This document shows, one piece after another, positions 55,004 to 64,000 of a stretch of 64,000 nt of DNA (position 1 is its first letter; the number at the start of each line of letters is the position of its first letter). The notes below the pieces were generated by a model, which saw only the letters and a list, made by a program, of their open reading frames with translations, ran no database searches and was not told where the DNA came from. This stretch comes from Prasinococcaceae sp. CCMP 1430 (lineage: Eukaryota; Plantae; Prasinodermophyta), in the NCBI GenBank assembly GCA_013416795.1, contig RQSC01000029.1, positions 385,124 through 449,123 of the forward strand, given 5' to 3'. Made by a program: the position numbers and the translations under genes.

Positions 55004-58000
55004 TTACAGAGCGCGCATGGGCAGCGGCGTGCAGACGCCGTGGCCTGGCGTGCGCGTGGCGGCAGAGCTCGGAGCGCCCGCGGCGTTCGCTGCGGGCGTC
55101 AGCGCGCCCGCCCTCACGTTGGCCGTGCCGGGCGTGCGCCCCGGCGTCTGAATCAGCGCCGCCCCAGCGGCGGCGCCCGTGTCGGTGGGGCACAGCAGAA
55201 TGTCCGAGGCGTCGGCGCCCAGGGCGATGCCCGCGATGTGCAGTACCGTCAGGGTGCTCACCTCGATGTGCCGCCAGTCGATGCGGAAGACCTCGCGGCC
55301 GGTCGTCTTGTCCATTCCGCGTGCTGCCGAAGAGTCGAGCCACGTCGAGCTCACGAGCCGCCGCTTGCGCTGGCGGCCGCGCTCCCCAATCTCGAAGCGC
55401 TCGTAGAGTGCCGCGCGCTCGGCTTGCGGCAGAACCCCCACACGCCGCCGGAGCAACTCACGCTCGCCCTCGAAAGCCGCGGTCGCGCGCCGCACGTGTG
55501 CGGCCGCCGCGATGCCACCAGCCAGCCGGAGCTGCCGAAGGTATCGCAGCCGATTGAGCTCGGAGCGACGGCTGAGGCGAACGTCGGAGTGGTTGGCAGT
55601 GCTCAGCGCAAAGGCATCGTAGAGCCGCGCGCGCCGCACCAGCGGCTCGCGGAGCTCCGCCCATAGGACTACCAGCTCGTCCAGAGGTGCCTCCATCTCG
55701 GCGATCACCTGCTTGTATTTGAGCTCCGATGCAAGCATCCTCTCGACCGCGAGGCTCTTCTGATAGTCGAGCCCCTCGTAGCGCGCTTGCATGTTCTCCA
55801 TGTGACGCTTGATCTCTGTGATCTTCGAGGCCGCTAGCACGACACGGTCCTTGAGAAACGGCTTGAGCGCCTCGAGAGCCTCCTCCTTGGACACCTTCGA
55901 CGGCGTGTCTTCCACCGCCGGCGAACAGTAAAGGTTCGCATGCACGCCGCCGTCGCCCGTGGAACCCACTCCGTTGGCGCGAGGCGAGTGCGTCTCCGTT
56001 TCCATGTCCGAGTCAGAGTCACACACACCGGCACCCTCATCCCTCGCAGAGAGGATCTTCCCCCCTAGCTTCCTCCGCCTTCGCGAGGCGGCATCGGTGT
56101 CGACGGTGGTGCCCGCGTTGTACGAGGTGCGCCCCCCCTTGCCCAACATGCTCAGCGGAATACTGTCGTCGCCGATGCGGACGCCAAGGTTCGTGCGCAC
56201 CCTCAGCGGCGTGACGGCACCGGCATGCGGCAGAGGGGTTGCCGTAAGCGCGGGCGGACCACTGGCAGGTTGCACATCCGAATCCCCTGCACGCTTGAGG
56301 TCATCGGCGCTCTCAGCGTCGCGCTCCGAGGACGTCGCGTTCATTTCTGCCCTCGAGCCGGCGCCTCGCGGAGACAGGGCGGCGGCACCCTCTGCTGTCG
56401 GGCTTTCAGCGGCGCAAGCTCCCTTGGAACAATAGCGCTCGTCATCCAGCAGTGCTCGAGTCTCGCCGGCAGACGAGGTCTTGACTGCATGCGCAGCGCG
56501 CGGCGCGGCCGCCGCGGTTACCTCATCGCCCTCGATGGCAAAGGTAACAGCTGCGCGCTGGCCGGCAGCAATCTCCACAGCCATCCCGTGCGCCGGCTCG
56601 CGACCATCCGTCGCGCCCGTCGGCACGCCCTCGTCAGACTCGTTGCCTGCACTGCTGGTTGTGCCCATGCTGGCAACGGCGGTGCTGACGTCGACTTCAT
56701 CCGTTGACACCTCACTGGGCGATACTGCATCGCCATGGGCACCGCCAGCGGTGGCGGCGGACGCTTCGGGACCATCCTCGTCGCCGCAGTAGCGTCCAAC
56801 GTTGGCCTTCAGGTCCATGAGGCAGTCGTCGAGGTCACGGATGGCATTTTTGGCGCTCTCCTCCGTGCGCGCGGCCGCCTCGCGCCGCGTGAGCTCAGCG
56901 CGCAGAGCGCCCACCTCGGCGCGCAGCGCGGCGACATCGCGCTGCACTGTGGCTGTCGCCGGCGAGAGGACCCCCGACGCAGCGGCGGTGGGGGCCGCTG
57001 TGACGGGTGGTGCGGTGAGCAGCGCCTGTGCGGTCGAGCTGGGTGCCGGCCCGCCGTCGGCCTCGAGTGAGGCAGTGCGTGCCAACGCGTGTTCCGTGCG
57101 GCGCAGCTCGTCGCGTAGCCTAGAGATGCCCGCAGCGCCCGCCTTGGCACCCGAAGGGCCGGATCCAGCGACATCGGCGGATCCCGCCCCACCCCCAGCT
57201 GCCTCGAGGCAAATGCCGGCGTCAGCTTCGAGCTTGGCGACGCGAGCGGCTACACTTGGCGTATGGGCGCCGACGCCCGCGCCCGAGTTCATGACCTGGA
57301 GGCACGCAACCTCGCCGTCTAGATCGGCCGCAGCCGCCACGGCGCGTGCCTCGCCCATCTCGGCCTCCTTTGTGCGAAGGGATGCGCGCTCGCGCGCGAG
57401 GGCGCTTGCGGCCGTGGCAGTGTCGACCGATGCGTGCACGCTAACACTTGCGTCCGTGCCAGTCTGGCGTGCTGCGCTCGCAGTTGCTGTGCCGCGACCG
57501 TATTTGCCGTCGAGATGGCTGAGCGAGCTCTTCATGTCGTTCCACTGCTGCTTCGGCGTCATGACCGCGGCGCACTCGCCGAGCGCGCACGCGAGCTTGC
57601 GCGCGATCGCCGATGTGCTCTCATCGTTGCTCGGTGCCCACGACTTGCGCCCAGAGCGGGCGGCCGAACGCTTCACACTCGACCGCCGCGCGCCGTCCAT
57701 CCCGCTGCGCATCGCGCCGCCACCGCCGCCCGTCATCGAGGGGCTCAACGAGAGCCTGCCCTTCCCGCCGCCTGCGGCAGCGGGTGTGCGGTACGGCGTT
57801 GGCGCCTCAAGCAGGAAGCGCGTCAAATTGCGCAGCTGCGCCTGTGCGGCATCACGTTCCGCGGCCAACCGGCGCACAAGCTCGCCATCAGCCTCGCCCT
57901 CAGTGTCTGCGTGCTGTCCCGCCGGGGGCCTGTTGTCGCAGGTATAGCCGCTCGAATCGCCCTCGATGCAGCTTGCAACGGCCGCGCTCTTTGCGTCCTC

Positions 58001-59381
58001 GCCGATGCCACCACGGGCACTTAGAGTGCCTGTGATGCGCTCGGTGCCGCCTCTGCTTGCATTGCTACCATCCGAGAGCTGCGAGCGCAGTCGATCGATC
58101 TCGGAGCGATAGCGCCCCATGAGCGCGCGGTCGCGCGCGAGCGAGTTGATGGCAGGCGCCACCCGCACGCGGGTGGCGTGTGCGGCGAACCGCAGCGTCT
58201 CGCGCGAGGCTTCGGCTGCGCCGACAGTGGGACTGAGCGCGCAGATCACCGCCGCGCGCCCATTCCCCGCCAGCGAAGTCTGCAGTAGGCGCGTGAGCTT
58301 GCTGTCTCGGAAGGGGATGTGCCTTGCCGCCGCGCCGCCTTCCGCCAGGCGCCGGATGACGGTGCTCAGCGTGAGCAGGGATCGATTGATAAGCGAGCCC
58401 TCACGTCGCCGCGCACCGCCTGCGGCAAGGTCGGACACCTCCGCGCGCTCGGAGCCCGCGAGGTCGACGAAGGTGATGGTGCTGCTCAGCACTCGGTCGG
58501 ACCTCTCGGCAGCGCCGTCGCCCTGGTCGCCGTTGCGCATCTTCTCGGTGCTCTCGACCGTAAGACGCACGATAAGGTGCGAGCGACTTGAGGCATCGTT
58601 GGCGCTTGTCTTGGCGAGGGCGCGCCTCGCGTCGGCCTCGGCAAGCAGCGCCTCGCACTCGGCCGCGCTACCCACCGCCACCTCGTTCAGACCGTCGACC
58701 ACCACCCCGCGGTCGGCGTCGTCGCGCAAGCGCAGACCGGCCTTGCCAGCCGCGCCCGTCGCCTCGGCAGATCCTGCGGGCGCCTGCTCGGCGAGGAGGT
58801 CCTGTACCACCTCCTTGTGTATCTGCATCACGCTAAGCCGCAGCAGGAAGACTCGCCCGCGCCGCGCCGCGATGCCTTCGAATGCGTCGCGCACGCCCAG
58901 CGCGGTGACCGCTCGCATCGTGAACGTCTTTCCAGAGCATGTGGCGCCATACGCGAAGACGGTGGCGTTCACGCCCTCGAGTGCCGACTTGACGAGCCCG
59001 CGAGCGGTCTGCGCGTAGACCGCCTCCGAGTCTGCGTCAGGCCCGAAGGCGCGATCGAAGTCATATGAGCTGGCAAGGAGGCTCTCACGGCGCGCGGCGA
59101 GCGCCGCGCCAGCGCGCGCGGGCAGCGGCGCTGCGGCCTGCGCCGCCAGCGAGGCCTCCACGCGATGAGCGCCCGACACAAACCAGCACGGGACCTCGCC
59201 GGCGTGGCGCTCGCGGGCGAGCAGCGGTCGCACGCGCACCACCACGAACATGCGCTCGGAAGCGACAGCGGCGCCGCCGGTGCTCGCGGCGTGCGCGCGC
59301 CCCGCGCCAGGCTCGCGCCGCTTCGCCCTGGTCGCGCCGAGCATCCCCAGCTGCGCGAGCGACACGCTCGCCGTGCGCGGC
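55004..59381 (-). CDS. Kinesin-7, NACK1/HINKEL-type with C-terminal NACK (DUF3490-like) domain; intronless; start at 59344 or in the gap
   Basis: VVVRVRPL, FDRAFG, AYGATCSGKTFTM, SSRSH, FVDLAGSER, INRSLLTLSTVIRRL, HIPFRDSKLTRLLQ; C-terminal LVVLWAELREPLVRR...ERELLRRR...ERAALYERFEI...RKRRLV..TW. Confidence 0.88.
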
Positions 59382-59856
59382 NNNNNNNNNNNNNNNNNNN
59401 NNNNNNNNNNNNNNNNNNNNNNNNNNNNNNNNNNNNNNNNNNNNNNNNNNNNNNNNNNNNNNNNNNNNNNNNNNNNNNNNNNNNNNNNNNNNNNNNNNNN
59501 NNNNNNNNNNNNNNNNNNNNNNNNNNNNNNNNNNNNNNNNNNNNNNNNNNNNNNNNNNNNNNNNNNNNNNNNNNNNNNNNNNNNNNNNNNNNNNNNNNNN
59601 NNNNNNNNNNNNNNNNNNNNNNNNNNNNNNNNNNNNNNNNNNNNNNNNNNNNNNNNNNNNNNNNNNNNNNNNNNNNNNNNNNNNNNNNNNNNNNNNNNNN
59701 NNNNNNNNNNNNNNNNNNNNNNNNNNNNNNNNNNNNNNNNNNNNNNNNNNNNNNNNNNNNNNNNNNNNNNNNNNNNNNNNNNNNNNNNNNNNNNNNNNNN
59801 NNNNNNNNNNNNNNNNNNNNNNNNNNNNNNNNNNNNNNNNNNNNNNNNNNNNNNNN
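59382..59856. other. Assembly gap (N run)
   Basis: 475 N covering the divergent promoter of the kinesin and the coiled-coil gene. Confidence 0.99.
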
Positions 59857-61940
59857 CGGCGGCGCGCGTGGGGATGGAGGGCGGGGCGCCGAGCGCGGCG
59901 GCGCGCGCGGAGGTGTTCGCGTCGCCCGCGCCGCGCGTCCCGCTGGCAACCTCGCCACCCAACCGCACGCCGCTGTCGGGGCGCGTGCGCTCGACGCCCA
60001 TCGACCTGCCGCTGCCCGTCGTGCAGGCCACGCTCAACATGCCCGAGCCCGAGACCCACTGGGTGTCGTCTCTGCGCGGCGGCGACCAGGTGCAATCGCG
60101 CGGCCACCCGCGCTCACCGCCGCGTCAGCCGGTCTTCTCGACGACCGAAGGCACAGGGCGCGGCGGGGGCGTCGCTCACGGCGACGAGTGGGCGAGCATC
60201 GCGGGCACGCCCCCACAGCCGGCGCGCGGGCGCGCCCGCAGCAGGGAGGACGACTCGCAGCCGCGGCCGCGCAGCGGGCGGCCGCCCCGGCAGTCCCCCG
60301 CGCCACGCCCGCGTTGGAACGCACCGTCGCCGTCACGATCGCCCTCGCCCGGGCGACCGCGCTCGTCGGAACGACACCTGAACGAGAGCGACGCGCAGCG
60401 CCGGCAACGCCACGCAGCGGAACGGCTCTCGTCGGGCGTGCCCGCCATGAGGGGCGCAGGGAGAGGAGCCATGCGCGAGCTCCAGGCGCAGCTCAAGTCG
60501 GCGCTCGGCGCGCTCGCAGCTTCAGGTGACGAGCTGGAGGCGTTCCGCACGCACGTGGCATACTGGGTGTGGTGGCAGGCGCAACGTCGGCGCGCGCAGC
60601 GTGCCCTCGCTTTCTGGCGGCGCTCAGCAGGGGAGCACTTCTCGCGCGCGCGCCTCAGGCTGCGCGCATGGCGCGCCGAAGCTGCTCACGCCGCGCAGCT
60701 GAGCGCCGCGCGCCGCGCCATCGCGATGGCGGTCGAGAGCTCCAACGCGGCGACCGAGGCCGCCGAGGCCGCGGAGGCGGCGGCTCAGGCGCAGGCGGGG
60801 CAGGCGCCCGACGCGAAACACACCGCCCAGCAGACCTCGCCGGAGGCGCCTGGGGGCACGGCCAGCGGCAGTGCCGTGGCGTTCGGGTCGCCTGGCAGTG
60901 ACGGCGACGCGAGCGCTCCGCAGCACGGGGCAGCTGCAGCCCGACAGTCGGCGCCGGGCGCCGCGGCCTCCGCGGCTGCTGCCCGCCGCGACCTCGCGCG
61001 ACGCCTGTCCACGTGCTCCGAGGAGCTCATGACGGCCTTGGACGAGGTGGCAGTCGCTGCCGAAGAGTCCGGCTCTGAGTCGGTCCTCGAGGCCCTCGAT
61101 GTGGCAGCGGGCGTCGCCGAAGAGCTCGCCGCGGACGTGGCGGAGGCGGAGGTGGAGGCGGAGGCGGAGTGTGATGCTGCGGGCGCTGAAACGCAATTCA
61201 CGTTTGACTCGCCAGCCGCGCGCGCGGGCGAGGGCGCACTGGGGCACACGGAGCTCCCCGGGAGTCCGTCAGGCAGGCTCGGCCGCTCCAAGTCCCTCGG
61301 GCCGGGCGCCGTTCGCGAGCGCTCCCTGTTGGCGGCGCGTCTCGGCCCCGCAGCGAGGCTTTCGTCTGCCGCCCTCGAAGGAGCAGGGAACGCAGTGGGC
61401 GCCCCCAGTGAGCGGCCATCGGAGGGGTACGGCGCCGAGAATGTACTGCGCGCTCTCGGGGGCGCGCTGGGGCGCACCAACACGATGATCGTGGAGGTCG
61501 GGCCCGAAGGTGGGTTAGAGGCCGAGCTCTTCTCACTGCGCGAGCGCGCAGCGCGGCTGCAGATGGAACTCGACGCCGAGCGCGCCGAGCGCGGTGCGAT
61601 GGCCGGCGGCGGCGCCGAGAGTGCTGGCGCGGAGCGCTCGGTGGAGATCGAAACGCGTGCGCGCGCGGCGGAGGCGCGCGAGCGCGTGGCACTGTCCGAC
61701 GCGGCGCGCGCTGAGGCCGAGGCGGACGAGTACCGCGCCGAGTGCGCCGAGTTGCGCGACATGGTTGGTCGGGTGCGCGAGCAATTGCTGCGGGCACAGG
61801 AGGCCACCAAAGGGCAGCTCGAGGGCACTGCAGGCGCCGTCAGCCGCCTGCAGGACGCGCTGCACGAGGAACGCAGCCTGCGCAGGCGACAGGACCTGGA
61901 GCACGCCGTGCTCAGATCGCTCATGGCCGGTGGCGGCTGA
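59857..61940 (+). CDS. Uncharacterised protein: SP/TP-rich N-terminus, Trp-spaced helices, C-terminal coiled coil
   Basis: About 690-codon open frame with coding-like composition; heptad-rich C-terminal third. Confidence 0.75.
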
Positions 61941-62186
61941 CAGCGCGCGTGCGCGGGAGCTACGGTTGTACGTGGCAGTCGTTTCAACGCTCTGTAGACA
62001 CCCTAAGAGCCCAGGCGCGGTCGCGCGCCGCCGCGCTGGGCATCCACCGCGCCTGCGCCGCGCCCGCGCGCGGAGAGGCGCGTGCTGGGCGCGCGCGTTC
62101 ACTGCGTGCACGTATGCATCGCGCCTGCCCGACCGGAGCTCGGCGCGGACCCGCCTCTACACGTACGCGTCTGCACCCGGGGTGCG

Positions 62187-63437
62187 TCACTCGCTCTCGC
62201 TCGCCCCCGCGCCGGCGCCGGCGGCGGCGGCCTCTGCCTCTCCCTCGCCGTCGGCCTCGGCAGCCTCGGGGTGGGCCTTCGAGCGCCTGCGCTTGGCCGC
62301 GGCCTTCCTTTGGAGTTCCTCCACGCGCTCTGCGGCGGACGCGCGGAGCTCCTCGACGGTCCTCCTGAGGTCGTCGACCTCCGCCGCCATGGCGCTGCGC
62401 TCCTCCGCGGTCGCTCCGGCCGCGGCTTCCGCCACGTCCATGATCTTCTCGAGGGTGGCGTCCTCCTTGTCGGCGCTGAGCGCCACCTTCTCGAGCAAGC
62501 GCTCGAGCTCGTCCTTGGCGCTGTCGCGCTCCCCCGCAACCTGCACCGCCACGGCCTCGAGCGCCGAGTTCTGCTCCTTGAGCTGCGCGACCTCGGACGC
62601 CAGCAGCTTCTCGAGCTGCTCCATGCGCTCGCTCATCGTCACGACCGCGCTGCGCAGCGCGTCGACCTCCTCTCGCGCGGCCTCGCGCTCGACCGCGAGC
62701 TCCTCGGCGACCGTGCGCAGGGCCTCGTTCTCTTCCTTCAGCGCGGCGTTGGCGTCCTTGAGCGCCGCGTTCTCCGCGGCCATCTTGGACGCCTCCCCCC
62801 CGGCGCCCCGCGCCTGCGCGTTCGCCTCGGCCATCTTCGCGTCCGCCTCGGCGAGCGCCTCCTCGAGCCGCTCCACCTCGGCGGCCGCGGTCGCGCGCTG
62901 CTCCTCGAGCTCTTCCATGGCGGCGTTGACGAACTCCTCGCTCTTCGTGAGGTCCTCGGGACTCAGTCGCCTCTTGAGCTTCTCCAGCATGCGGCGCAGG
63001 TCGTCGCGCCCGACGTTGGACAAGCCGTAGCGCAGCATGAAGTACAAGGTCCAGTAGACGCCCACGGTCTCGACGGCGCCCGCGAAGAGCGGCACGGACT
63101 CGAGCGCGGTGAGCGCGCCCGACACCGCGCCGACGCCGACGAACGCGCCGCCGAGCAGAAAGCCGCCGCGCAAGAACTTGGAGGTCCCGCTCTTGCCCCC
63201 CGTGAACGCGCTGAGGGCGTCGCCGCCCTTGAGTACGAGCAGCAGCTGGTGATGTCGCGCCGGCGCATACCCTGCTCGGCGGCGGAGGGGGCGGAGGGGG
63301 CGGAAGGGGCCGGAGGGGGCGGAGGGGGCGACGCGGCGGCGGCGGAGGGCGCGACCGCGCCGGCGACGGGCGCCGATATCGGCGTCGATATATCGGCGCA
63401 GGGGCGGGAACGGGCGAAAAAATCGCGGGACGCGCAT
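62187..63437 (-). CDS. CURT1/CAAD-domain thylakoid membrane protein fused to a long coiled coil
   Basis: GGAFVGVGAVSGALTALESVPLFAGAVETVGVYWTLYFMLRYGLSNVGRDDL aligns by eye to the CAAD consensus (AIDSIPLLPPLLELVGLGYTGWFVYRYLL...RQEL); followed by about 240 aa of E/A/K-rich helix. Start codon uncertain. Confidence 0.75.
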   Translation of the reverse strand: MRVPRFFRPFPPLRRYIDADIGARRRRGRALRRRRVAPSAPSGPFRPLRPLRRRAGYAPARHHQLLLVLKGGDALSAFTGGKSGTSKFLRGGFLLGGAFVGVGAVSGALTALESVPLFAGAVETVGVYWTLYFMLRYGLSNVGRDDLRRMLEKLKRRLSPEDLTKSEEFVNAAMEELEEQRATAAAEVERLEEALAEADAKMAEANAQARGAGGEASKMAAENAALKDANAALKEENEALRTVAEELAVEREAAREEVDALRSAVVTMSERMEQLEKLLASEVAQLKEQNSALEAVAVQVAGERDSAKDELERLLEKVALSADKEDATLEKIMDVAEAAAGATAEERSAMAAEVDDLRRTVEELRASAAERVEELQRKAAAKRRRSKAHPEAAEADGEGEAEAAAAGAGAGASESE

Positions 63438-64000
63438 TCCAAATTATACTTATACGCGAACAAGTGAATGTTTATATACCTCAAATACAACGTAATTGTT
63501 TTGGCCAAAACTGCGGTTCGGCCGCGATCGCAGGCGCGCGTCCGCGCGTCGGCGACGTACCCGAATTCTGGCTCGCATGTTTGGGGTATTCGATTGGAAA
63601 CAGGGTTATCGATTGCGGGTTCAGGTTCCAGGTTCAGGTTCAGGCTCGTGCTTGCTGTTTAGGGTAGGGTTATCGCTCACGTCGCGGGCCGGGCCGGGGC
63701 GCCGCGCCGCTGCGGGCCACCGCCCGGCCGCCCGACGCCTCGCGATGGGGGCGTCATCACCAAGCACTAAGAATGAGTAAGAGTACCCACGGGCGAGCAT
63801 TCGAAGGCAACGCGAATGCAGGCGAAACGCTCCTGCAGCGCCCACTACGCACAGCGCGCGCGCGCGGACGCGCGCGCTCTCGCCAGGGAAAAAAAAAAAA
63901 AAAACGCGCGCGCGCATGAGTGCGGGCGCGCGCGCTGGCGTTTGTGCGGCCGCGCCGCGCCCGCCGCCGCGCGAAAACCGAGCGCGCGGAATTCGATTCG

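Noticed and set aside
59857-60040. N-terminal part of the 1678-aa kinesin ORF beyond the gap
   Set aside because: Produced by translating through 475 Ns; this segment is the antisense of the plus-strand gene.
1-64000. tRNA, rRNA and transposase/RT/integrase genes
   Set aside because: No cloverleaf with T-loop, no rRNA conserved blocks and no DDE/RT motifs recognised.

Overview
This is gene-dense (about 1 gene per 2.4 kb), very GC-rich eukaryotic nuclear DNA with spliceosomal introns. Nuclear-encoded PsaH, an FtsH11-type protease, a CURT1/CAAD protein, CAMTA and GT77 point to a green alga; a prasinophyte/prasinodermophyte-grade lineage is my inference. About 26 protein genes or gene fragments can be supported. 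Well-recognised genes: HORMA ASY1/HOP1, DUS3, PsaH, a CCT-beta tail, bL17, a histidine phosphatase, an SNF2-RING helicase, a TIM-barrel epimerase, enoyl-CoA hydratase, a BCKDK-like kinase, a small Tim, FtsH11, CAMTA, a double GT77, LTN1, an ABCC fragment, an FKBP, a GT4, an SLC25 carrier and a NACK-type kinesin-7. Several other proteins are uncharacterised. The assembly is draft quality: three multi-N gaps and five single-N joins truncate several genes. I found no supportable rRNA, tRNA, CRISPR array or autonomous transposon. Best leads: an FKBP with two competing splice donors predicting soluble versus membrane-anchored isoforms; a CURT1 domain fused to a long coiled coil; a NACK/HINKEL-type kinesin head-to-head with an SP/TP-rich coiled-coil gene; a tandem XEG113-like GT77; and recurrent non-coding motifs. 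All calls come from manual reading and recalled family motifs; no searches were run.
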